Assembly: GCA_011109175.1 (NCBI GenBank)
Contig: RDEW01000004.1
Span: 1 to 64,000 of the forward strand
Source: Dicyema japonicum
Taxonomy: Eukaryota > Animalia > Dicyemida
Length of the DNA: 64,000 nt
Direction: 5' to 3'
The notes beneath the pieces were generated by a model that worked only from the letters and a program-made list of their open reading frames with translations, was not told where the DNA came from and searched no databases. A program made the translations under genes and the position numbers. Positions 1-10,428 of this stretch are shown here, piece after piece (within the stretch, counting starts at the first letter, position 1; the number at the start of each line of letters is the position of its first letter).

Positions 1-119
1 TAAAAGTTGCCTTTAAAAAGTCAATTTAATTGATCTTAAAATTTAAAAAAATTGACCTAAAAAATATTAGTTACAACTTTATTTTCATATAAACAAAATA
101 ATTTTTTAGCAATTAAACA

Positions 120-297
120 AATGTAAGTTGAGGAATCTTGCTGCGTGGATTGCGAACGAGTTCTTTCGGAGTATGGCCATTCCAATCTTTTGTCTTAGCC
201 ATAACCCTTCTCGTTGATCCCTTTTCTTTCTGGCAAACAATCCTCCGAGTTCTCGCAAGAACTCAGCCGTCATTTGACCAACGGTCTCAACAGGATA
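120..297 (-). mobile_element. 3' end of CRE-like (RLE) non-LTR retrotransposon, 5'-truncated
   Basis: Reverse strand reads ..QMTAEFLREL..DQREGLWLRQKIGMAILRK.SFAIHAARFLN; near-identical to the 3' ends at 6913-7080, 34300-34540 and 57780-58000. Confidence 0.8.
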
Positions 298-339
298 ATT
301 TTCATATATAAAATACGCTTATAAAAATTTAAAGTAATT

Positions 340-540
340 TTATTCATCGTTTATCGAGTTATTCACAATTAAGTAATATTTTACATAATCCACTTTAAAA
401 TTCCTATCCTTGGATAAGATTTTGTTAAGAATCGAAAGTAATCGTTCCACTGCGCACGATGTAGCCTGGCATGCAATCAACAAAAAATAATCTAAAAGTA
501 AAATGGAATGATCAACAAAATTCATTATTTTTGTGATTTA
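340..540 (-). mobile_element. hAT-like transposase C-terminal (dimerisation) fragment
   Basis: ORF 340-525 QATSCAVERLLSILNKIL..VKYYL matches the hAT-type S-x-x-VER-x-FS motif; homologous to 36880-36990. Confidence 0.6.
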
Positions 541-646
541 TACAATCTATTAGGTAAGTGCTTTGCAGATTTGCCAACGTTCCAACTAGACAATTAACAA
601 ATTTGCTTATCCCAACATTTGTTTCGTCCACGATCAAAAAAATCTT

Positions 647-1130
647 AACAATTAAATTATTCAAACTAACTTTATTATTTGAAATTAAATTAATTATTTT
701 GGATACAGGGTTTTCCTATTTATTTAATAACTTTGTCATAAAATTTAATAACTTTGTCAAAAAATTTAATAACTTTGTCAAAAAATTTAATAACTTTGTC
801 AAAAAATTTAATAACTTTGTCAAAAAATTTAATAACTTTGTCANAATCAAAAAAATCAACAATTAAATTATTCAAACTAACTTTATTATTTGAAATTAAA
901 TTAATTATTTTGGATACAGGGTTTTCCTATTTATTTAATAACTTTGTCAAAAAATTTAATAACTTTGTCATAAAATTTAATAACTTTGTCAAAATGTTTA
1001 ATAACTTTGTCAAAATATTTAATAACTTTGTCAAAATGTTTAATAACTTTGTAAAGATTATTATTTATATTTTTGGGATTATTATTTATATTTTTGGGAT
1101 CATTATTTATATTTATTGGATTATTAAGTT
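647..1130. repeat. 21-nt tandem repeat arrays (AATAACTTTGTCAAAAAATTT; ATTATTATTTATATTTTTGGG) within a duplicated block of about 200 bp
   Basis: Direct inspection; the block starting at 647 recurs after the single N at 844. Confidence 0.9.
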
Positions 1131-1165
1131 CCTATAAATACAAATTTTAGCGCAAATTGAATTAA

Positions 1166-1493
1166 ATGAATAGTTACAAAAACAAAAATACTACTGTATC
1201 CGAGGATAACCGAAAACTTATTATAAATAAATATGAAGCAGGGTTGGCTTATTCAAAAATAAGCGAAGACATTTGTATTAACAATCAGACAGTTGTTTCT
1301 ATCGTCAAAAAATACAAAAATACAAAAAGTTTTGCTTCAACAAAAAATAATTGTGGACGAAAAAAAAACTTAATTCATCGGACATCTTATTTTTGACTAA
1401 AAAAATTGAAGATGCTTCATTTACTCTGAAGAATTTAAAAAATTCTTTATTTGATGTGCAAAGAAAAAATGTCTCTTTATCGACAATAAATAG
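1166..1493 (+). mobile_element. Tc1-like transposase N-terminal HTH region, frameshifted, truncated by gap
   Basis: RKLIINKYEAGLAYSKISEDICINNQTVVSIVKKY..CGRKK, then LKNLKNSL..NVSLSTI in the next frame (paired-like HTH and GRxK linker). Confidence 0.6.
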
Positions 1494-2365
1494 NNNNNNN
1501 NNNNNNNNNNNNNNNNNNNNNNNNNNNNNNNNNNNNNNNNNNNNNNNNNNNNNNNNNNNNNNNNNNNNNNNNNNNNNNNNNNNNNNNNNNNNNNNNNNNN
1601 NNNNNNNNNNNNNNNNNNNNNNNNNNNNNNNNNNNNNNNNNNNNNNNNNNNNNNNNNNNNNNNNNNNNNNNNNNNNNNNNNNNNNNNNNNNNNNNNNNNN
1701 NNNNNNNNNNNNNNNNNNNNNNNNNNNNNNNNNNNNNNNNNNNNNNNNNNNNNNNNNNNNNNNNNNNNNNNNNNNNNNNNNNNNNNNNNNNNNNNNNNNN
1801 NNNNNNNNNNNNNNNNNNNNNNNNNNNNNNNNNNNNNNNNNNNNNNNNNNNNNNNNNNNNNNNNNNNNNNNNNNNNNNNNNNNNNNNNNNNNNNNNNNNN
1901 NNNNNNNNNNNNNNNNNNNNNNNNNNNNNNNNNNNNNNNNNNNNNNNNNNNNNNNNNNNNNNNNNNNNNNNNNNNNNNNNNNNNNNNNNNNNNNNNNNNN
2001 NNNNNNNNNNNNNNNNNNNNNNNNNNNNNNNNNNNNNNNNNNNNNNNNNNNNNNNNNNNNNNNNNNNNNNNNNNNNNNNNNNNNNNNNNNNNNNNNNNNN
2101 NNNNNNNNNNNNNNNNNNNNNNNNNNNNNNNNNNNNNNNNNNNNNNNNNNNNNNNNNNNNNNNNNNNNNNNNNNNNNNNNNNNNNNNNNNNNNNNNNNNN
2201 NNNNNNNNNNNNNNNNNNNNNNNNNNNNNNNNNNNNNNNNNNNNNNNNNNNNNNNNNNNNNNNNNNNNNNNNNNNNNNNNNNNNNNNNNNNNNNNNNNNN
2301 NNNNNNNNNNNNNNNNNNNNNNNNNNNNNNNNNNNNNNNNNNNNNNNNNNNNNNNNNNNNNNNNN

Positions 2366-2760
2366 TGACGGGGAACGACCGGACGGGATTACCAAATTCC
2401 TTTTGAGGTCGGGAAACCACTTGTTTAAGACGTGACATGTACAGACACGTTCGCCCCGAACAATCTTCACGAGTGCGCTTCAAGGGCCTGCTCTGCAGCC
2501 GTCAAGGTGGAGAAGGCCAAACTCGAAATATACGGCGACCTTCCCAATAATGTCCAATTTATTCCCCTTGCTATGGAGACTTCCGAATCCTACTCCCCCT
2601 CTACACTAAAGTTTTTCGGAAATCTTGGAAACTGGATCACCTCATGTATTGGAGATCTCCGCGAACGCCGCTGGCTGTTTGAGCGAATTTCGCTCGCAAT
2701 TCTGAGAGGGAACATCTATGCAGTGAGGGCGGCAGCTAACTAATGTCTTGTCCATATCAT
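2366..2760 (+). mobile_element. CRE-like LINE 3' end with restriction-like endonuclease
   Basis: RPDGIT..GKPLV*DVTCTDT..KVEKAKLEIY..FIPLAMET..ERISLAILRGN (PD-(D/E)xK RLE motifs). Confidence 0.85.
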
Positions 2761-3270
2761 TTTTAATAAAAAAGTTGATAATTGCTCGATTCCGCGGATA
2801 CAAATGCTTCCGTCACGGAAAAATTTCTGAAGAAATCATTTGGAACAATATTCAATTGTTTTTTATTTGTGGATATATTTATTCGTGAAGAGTGCTTCTG
2901 TGTTTCCCTGTGTTTGTTCACAAAAAATTGTTTCTTTAAGTTACGGGTAACTCACATAATTTGCAAAAAAGTATTCCATTTGGTGTAATTGAAAACTCTT
3001 TGGGATTTTTGTCACCAATATTTTTAGCTTTTTAAATTCGGAAAACTTATTTTTTAGGCAAATGTAATGTATAATTTAGTTAAAGATTTGTTACAATAAG
3101 ATAGAAATGTCACGACGATTATTTTAATTTTATTTTGCTGATAATTATATTATTTTAATTTTTATTCAAAAATCAAAAAAATTGACCTAAAAATCTAAAA
3201 AGTTGACCTAATTGACCTGAAAAACGTTTTATAGAAAACTTTTTTTGACATTTTTTAAATTAATTGTGGC
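2760..3270 (-). mobile_element. hAT-like transposase central region and putative left end (same family and strand as 340-540)
   Basis: Reverse strand KFSEFKKLKILVTKIPK..QMEYFF; subterminal AAATTGACCTAAAAA motifs shared with window positions 1-70. Confidence 0.45.
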
Positions 3271-3455
3271 CCTCCATGCAGGTTACACAAATTTTAGGCG
3301 TTACACTTTGACCTTGTGACTTAGTTGATTCTGACAGGTGACGTTTCATTAAAATCGAAATATTAATTTTAAATATCGTATTTAAATAAGTGTGGATGAA
3401 TAAAACACCACATAGTAATTGTTCAAAAATGAAACTATATTATTTTATATACACT

Positions 3456-3518
3456 CAATCCCATAAATGATGACCCAATTCCCATAAATGATGACCCAAT
3501 TCCCATAAATGATGTCCA
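3456..3518. repeat. 20-nt tandem repeat x3 (CAATTCCCATAAATGATGACC-like)
   Basis: Direct inspection. Confidence 0.9.
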
Positions 3519-3840
3519 AGTTATATTTATATATATAATACACAAGTAAATCTATATTTTAATTTCCCCTATTATGGTATCAACTAGAAAAGTCGCAAGG
3601 TTTTTATGAACGAAAGTCTATTTAATCAAATTAAAAGACTTTACAAAGTTTTGATTGAGATCACCTCGATCAGTAAAAAGAGTTTGAACATGTGTATACA
3701 AAAGAGAATTTGTCCTCATATTACAACAGTTTTTGGGAAAGGGTAAATGGAATTAATAACAGATTAATTGAATAAAATACTTTTTTCCTAAACTTATAAA
3801 AAAAAATAAATATTATAAAAATAGAAATTATTCATTAAAA

Positions 3841-3990
3841 CCCCTATCTTGACCCTAATCCAACCATACCGCAACTCTTAATTTAACCAATTACATCATA
3901 ACCCTAACCATTTCCTAATCCAAATCATAACCTAATCCTAACCATTTCCTAACCCTACCACCACCTTAACCGTAATTCTATCTATTAAGC
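3841..3990 (+). repeat. Degenerate (C)CCTAA telomere-like tract
   Basis: Repeated ACCCTAA/TCCTAA/CCTAAT variants, for example taaccctaaccatttcctaatcc..aacctaatcctaaccatttcctaaccctacc. Confidence 0.55.
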
Positions 3991-4542
3991 TCCATTAACA
4001 AAGTTTAACCTCATTTTATAGTTTATTTAACCTTACAAATCAGGGGTTGCCTTATTTTGAATTTTTATGAAAAAAGTAAACACAACATGATGACAAAATT
4101 ACAAAACAGAAAGGCGTAAAAATTTTAACTCGAGATTATTTTAATTTGTGATATCAACACATCTTTTTCGCATTCACAATTCCATTTTTATGTACCCTTT
4201 TACTTCCATGAAATAGATAAAAGGGATTTTCTTCGTGGAAGAATGCAAGCTTTTATTAAAATCATACACTACCAAGTCCAAACATGAAATCTTTATTTTG
4301 TTGTATGAAAAGTATTTTTTGTAACCAACGAGTCAACGTTTGGTTACAACGTTCTACCATCGACTTAAGTCCACCAAGTGAATTTGAAATCTTTCTCGAG
4401 GAAACTTTGCTTTAATGTGAATCATAGGAATTTGAGCTTTTAAAGGTTGGCTTTGTGCACATGCTGTGCATTCGGAACATACATCACGTATAATGGATGT
4501 TTGATGGTGAAATAACAACTGTCGCAAAATTCTTTCAGTTTA

Positions 4543-7080
4543 TTGATTAAATTAACTTTGATTATCACGTGTGGTCTTGTTGTGAATAATTGTATCATCA
4601 TGGAGTGTCGTTCATACAATGGATCAACACACATTACACCCGAGAGACTGGACACTACATGCTCTACATGCGGTTTTGCCAATGCACGCAAATATGGACT
4701 TTTCTGCTTGTCTTGCCGTGACTTTTCCCACCTTGGATTCATAAAGATGTCTCAGCGGGCTGCGTGTTCGCTCTGCCTTTGGAACTGCAGTGTCTGCATG
4801 GAAACTGGTTGGAAAACCCATAGGATCATTCCAAACGAGCACGTTGAACCAAACGAGCATCTAGACTTTAATAATATGGACAATCTCTTGCTCTTCTTGT
4901 CGGATCTAACGAAAGCCAGAAAGATCCCAATCAGGATCCCAAGACCCGTCCGAATCCCCGCGGCTACATGCCTGGCCTCTGCAATTTGACGATGCTCTCA
5001 CGTCCGACGACTTGGAGACCTGGCTAAAACTCCTCAGTTTTGCTCCGATGGCCCTTGGAATTCCATTTATCGACTCAAAAGGAGATCAACGGAATACAGA
5101 GAAAAGCACGACACCTGGGAACTCCCTTTCTTCAAAAATGAAGAAGAACATCCAGGTTTTCTATGTGCTTTCTCTCACCAAGACGGAAGTCAAGAAATCA
5201 AGACTTTCTGATTCCAATCCTCCGGTTTATTTGAATGAGCCGGAAAAACTTAAAGAGAGAGTGAACCGCAAACTATTCAAAGGCGACGTCCGAGCGGCGT
5301 TGCTGGTCGTCGCCAGCGACGAGACTGTTATGGCTGCGACACCTGAGGTGCTAAAACTACTCAGACATAAACATCCATGTGCTCCGGAAGATTACCGCCC
5401 ATTCGTGCTTCCGGGAAATTTGTCAAGGATAACTGTCACCGAAGGCGAAGTGCGACGCGGCATTTCGTCCTTTGCGGCGAGTAGCAGTGGAGGTATCGAT
5501 GGCTTGTGGCCGGGTCACATCAAAGATCTTACGGCGGAGGCTACTGCAGAAGCTAGCTGCAACCTTGTCAAATCAATTACAAAACTGGTTATGCGTATTT
5601 TGAACGGAGATATTTCTCCTTACGCAAGGGAGCTCCTTTTCAGTGCACATTTATTGGCCTTCAAAAAACCTGAAGGTGGGGTCCGCCCCATCGCAGTCGG
5701 CAACTATTTCAGAAGATTGACAGCGAAAATCGTATGCAGCATTGTCTGTCCGAGAATATCTGAAGAATTTTCCACCTCCAACTGGGGGGTGTAAGGAACG
5801 GATGCGAGGCGGCAGTGCATGCTGCGAGGTGTCTTTTTGGACAGAAAGACGAACAAAACCCACACATTGGGGTCAAGCTGGACATCTGCAATGCCTTCAA
5901 TTCATTGAGGAGGGATCAAATTTTCGAAACTACAAGCAAACGAGCCCCGGAACTTATTCCACTTGTCTTCCTCGCTTACGGAACCAATTCTTCACTGGTT
6001 TTCGGGGACAAGATNNNNNNNNNNNNNNNNNNNNNNNNNNNNNNNNNNNNNNNNNNNNNNNNNNNNNNNNNNNNNNNNNNNNNNNNNNNNNNNNNNNNNN
6101 NNNNNNNNNNNNNNNNNNNNNNNNNNNNNNNNNNNNNNNNNNNNNNNNNNNNNNNNNNNNNNNNNNNNNNNNNNNNNNNNNNNNNNNNNNNNNNNNNNNN
6201 NNNNNNNNNNNNNNNNNNNNNNNNNNNNNNNNNNNNNNNNNNNNNNNNNNNNNNNNNNNNNNNNNNNNNNNNNNNNNNNNNNNNNNNNNNNNNNNNNNNN
6301 NNNNNNNNNNNNNNNNNNNNNNNNNNNNNNNNNNNNNNNNNNNNNNNNNNNNNNNNNNNNNNNNNNNNNNNNNNNNNNNNNNNNNNNNNNNNNNNNNNNN
6401 NNNNNNNNNNNNNNNNNNNNNNNNNNNNNNNNNNNNNNNNNNNNNNNNNNNNNNNNNNNNNNNNNNNNNNNNNNNNNNNNNNNNNNNNNNNNNNNNNNNN
6501 NNNNNNNNNNNNNNNNNNNNNNNNNNNNNNNNNNNNNNNNNNNNNNNNNNNNNNNNNNNNNNNNNNNNNNNNNNNNNNNNNNNNNNNNNNNNNNNNNNNN
6601 NNNNNNNNNNNNNNNNNNNNNNNNNNNNNNNNNNNNNNNNNNNNNNNNNNNNNNNNNNNNNNNNNNNNNNNNNNNNNNNNNNNNNNNNNNNNNNNNNNNN
6701 NNNNNNNNNNNNNNNNNNNNNNNNNNNNNNNNNNNNNNNNNNNNNNNNNNNNNNNNNNNNNNNNNNNNNNNNNNNNNNNNNNNNNNNNNNNNNNNNNNNN
6801 NNNNNNNNNNNNNNNNNNNNNNNNNNNNNNNNNNNNNNNNNNNNNNNNNNNNNNNNNNNNNNNNNNNNNNNNNNNNNNNNNNNNNNNNNNNNNNNNNNNN
6901 NNNNNNNNNNNNTGAGTTCTTGCGCGAACTCGGAGGAATGCTTGCCAGAAAAAAGGGATCAACGGAAAGGGTTATGGCTGAGACAAAAGATTGGTATGGC
7001 CATACTCCGAGGGAATTCGTTCTCGATTCACGCAGCCGGCTTCCTCAACTAACATTTGTTTTTTTGTTAAATAATTGTCA
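4543..7080 (+). mobile_element. Near full-length CRE-like non-LTR retrotransposon (PHD-like finger, RT, gap, RLE C-terminus), frameshifted
   Basis: CSTC..CLSC..HLG(F)..WNCSVC; KHP.AP; SFAASSSGGIDGLWPGHIKD; KKPEGGVRPIAVGNYFRRL; VHAAR; KLDICNAFNSL; C-terminal LWLRQKIGMAILRGN. Confidence 0.9.
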
Positions 7081-8409
7081 TTAAAAAATTAATAATAATA
7101 AAATATCATTAAAATGCCACTCTATTCATTTGAGTATATTTTTGCTACTTTATGATTTCAAAATATTAACGATTTTAACTAAAAATTACACCATTCAACT
7201 CATAAAAATCTGAATTATTTAGGGTACTAATTTTTTTGAGTGGTTCTAGTTGAGTTCCACGTACGCACGGTGACAATAAATATTTAATTGTATATAATCA
7301 AATGCACTCTTTATATGCTTGTGGGATTACGCGCAGTCTCTTAAGTACATAAAATGTTTGGTCCCGTCAATAACTCGAAAAACCTCTGTAGAATTTTGGT
7401 AGCCTTAGAGTGAAATTTTCATTATAAAAAATATTGAAGATTTGAGATATCTAAGTAATTTTCGAAATATAAAATTGTGTTAATTAATTCAGAATATTCA
7501 AATAAGCATCAATTTTCCTCATTGTTAACTTTAATTATAAAACAGTCTTTCCAATAAGGAGTAGGTAATATTTCCATTACTTGAACCTCACCTGAACATA
7601 ATTGGAAATAATAAATTATAACTACACAATAACTCAAAAACAACATCAACAAAGATGAAATTGTTAAAGTAAAAATAATACAATATTAAAAAAAACATCA
7701 GAATAAAATAAATTATTATATCATACTTCTCACATTTTAGTCGGATTGGCGAAATGGTCTCTCATAAAACAAATTTTAGAAATACTCAGTCATTTGTGAT
7801 CGTTTTCGCTTTATTTTATTTACTTTCAAAAATAATAGGGCGAATAGTACGATAAGAAAAAGAGCAGATTACCAAGATATATAAATATCTCAAATATCAA
7901 ATCATAAGCACCACTAAAAATTAATATGTAACTGATAAATCATTTCATTTACCATAGCAATATTGAAGTGAAATTAAATTAATTTAAATTGTTAGTCACA
8001 CATGATTTTTTTAATCGTTAGTCATACAATTTTGTTTTACATAAATGTTCTAGTAGTCGTCGTCAAACCCATCAATGATATTCATTGACTTTTATCCTTT
8101 TGTTTTTTCTTTAGGTTCTTAAAAAATTTCAGATGTTTGAGTTTGTGCGTGTTCTAATAATTTGTAATTCAAAAATCACCACCTGGACAAATAAGAAGCA
8201 TTATTCGTAGAGAAACACTGATTTATAACATGTGGTTTAATTATGCTTTAAGATTATAGATGTGCATTGACCAAACGTGCTTTGAGATTATAGATGTGAC
8301 AATACAAGATTTTAGTAGACTGATAAACTGACGGGAATATTATATTGGAAAATATTTTCTAATCTATGCACAAGTGTCAGCTCAATGTCGACGCTATGTA
8401 GGGTGAAAT

Positions 8410-9060
8410 ATTATTATTATAACCCCGGAAACACAGGAAAGAGAAAAAAGTTATCGTCTAATTAAGTGATCCCGGTGTCAGTGCGTCCTCCTTTATTTCG
8501 ACTTTGTCTGCAATTTTTTATGATCGTCCAAAAAGGGGAAGGTTTGATCTCAAATTTGCGAGCATACTTCTGGTAGGCAAGAAACTCATCTTCAAATGGG
8601 TTATCAGAAGATCGCACCATTTTCAAGAATTTTTGTTGTTTGTTACCGAGATGTTTCATAACTTTTTTGAGATCTAATTTGTTCCTCATTTCTGACGTAG
8701 GCGTCATTCTGTCACATTTAAGAATGATCCGGAGGTATTGGTTTTGTATGACCTCTAATTTGTTCTGCGTGGATATTGACAAGGGTGTAATCCACGCCGT
8801 ACATGCATGTTCCATTGTCGGTAGAATATACTGTTTGTATAATAATTTGAGATGAGAAAGTGAAGATATTGGCGATCTAGCAAAGGTCTTGAGAATCCAT
8901 ATCTTTTTTGAACTCTTGAAAGGGTGAAATATAAATTAATTAATAGGTTTAAAACACAAATTCCGTATATTGATGTAATAATTCTGATGTACAATTCCGT
9001 TATCTTCACAGCACTGAGTTATTACACGACAATGATAAAGGCATTATAATCATTCTTCAG
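8410..9060 (-). mobile_element. I-group (Vingi-like family) LINE 3' part: RT thumb, C-terminus and 3' UTR stem-loop with (TAA)n tail
   Basis: MEHACTAW..LEVIQNQYLRIIL..TGIT*; GGGATCAC/GTGTTTCC stem followed by GGGGTT-ATAATAATA. Confidence 0.8.
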
Positions 9061-9104
9061 AATATGATTCTTTTCAAGGTGAATAAAATTTTTATCTATG
9101 TAAT

Positions 9105-9240
9105 CGGGAAGCGGTCTGGCTGAGGCAAAGAATTGGTATCGCAGTTGTTCGCGGAAACGCTTACTCCGTGATGTCAGCAGCCGCTCTCCCCCATAGTTAA
9201 TAAATAATATTTTATTGTTAATAAATTTTTGATATTAAAA
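9105..9240 (+). mobile_element. CRE-like 3' end, second subfamily
   Basis: VWLRQRIGIAVVRGNAYSVMSAAALP; nearly identical to 47570-47670 (-). Confidence 0.75.
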
Positions 9241-10379
9241 AAATGTAATCAAATCGCAAACTACAAACAATTTAGTTCAAACAGTCCATGTTCAAATTTA
9301 AAATAGCAAAATTTGGTTACGAATGCGTATATGCGTCTGTATTTGGATCAACCTATGTTTGTGTAGCTCTGTTTAGGAGATTCCCAACTACGGATTTGTT
9401 GTATTTACATTCTTTGCCAAAAAAACTATCCAAGAGTGGGCTATGCACAAAACGAGCCAAATGATCAAAATTTGTAATCTCAAGGATTTTAGTTTATTAA
9501 CTTTAATATTTTTGGTATCGATGTGTATGCTTTCTTTGAACGCCCTTAAGTTATTCCTTTGTCACAGTTTTACTTTACGTTTATAAAACATTAGGATGCT
9601 TGCATGTTCTAATATGCGAAATGGTTTAATCACTGTTAAAAAATACACTTTGCAAATACAAGAGATTAACTGAATAGAACCAAAATATAAGTAGTATTAA
9701 GAGTCTCTATGCAGACTACCACATTACTGCTACGTCAAACGCCAGCCAATTATGGAATACCTAATGGAACATGAGAAAAACTTACTCCAAATAACCAAGT
9801 CTCTCGAACATTTCGTAAAGTTGAATTCAGATTATATCTGGAAGCCTATCCAAGATACGAGACAAAACCTTTCCATTTGTGAAAATTAATCAAGATTTCA
9901 AAAATAACGTCATGTAGAAGTTAGTATGAATACCAGAATAACTTAATTTCGAAAATAACTATCATCCTCTTTTTTGTGGTACTAAAATTAATTAATTATC
10001 TAACAAAAAGGTATAAAAGGTAATCCTATTGACGCTCAATTGGATCTCTAAAATAATGTTTGAGTGGCAGTCTCACAAAAATAGAACTGATAATCTAGAA
10101 AAAAGATTTTTCAGTGATAATGGTTCAGGGATATGATGAGCTCTCTATTAGTTTCGTCGACAAGTCATAGATATTTACTAGTTGACCATTAAAATAATTA
10201 TTAGAGAAATAATAGTCATTAATATTTTTTGCTTTCTTGTAGCTGATTTGACCAATTTTCTTACAGCCCTCAGTTATGGGCAATCTTACAGAGCTTCTAG
10301 ATTTTCCATGTTTAGGATGTAGCAGAGAAAGGAACTGACATTGGGTGCATTNTAATAATATTTTCGAGGAGAATTATTA

Positions 10380-10428
10380 AATCTAGTCAAAATTTTCAAG
10401 GGTGCCATGACATTTTTGCCCCACTGTA
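10380..10428 (-). mobile_element. Solo Tc1-like terminal inverted repeat
   Basis: Reverse strand TA-CAGTGGGGCAAAAATG..., a typical Tc1 terminus with TA target; I did not find the partner TIR. Confidence 0.45.

Noticed and set aside
647-1130. Regular 21-nt repeats as a CRISPR array or a heptad-repeat protein (KNLITLS)n
   Set aside because: There are no unique spacers, the context is eukaryotic, and the ORFs simply follow from the repeat length being a multiple of 3
1305-7084. Long ORFs of 328-436 aa in the ORF track
   Set aside because: They are artefacts of translating through the N gaps
7050-7120. Sequence-specific target (spliced-leader or snRNA gene) for the CRE-like family
   Set aside because: 3' flanks of about nine copies diverge right after the A-rich tail, and I recognised no RNA gene next to them
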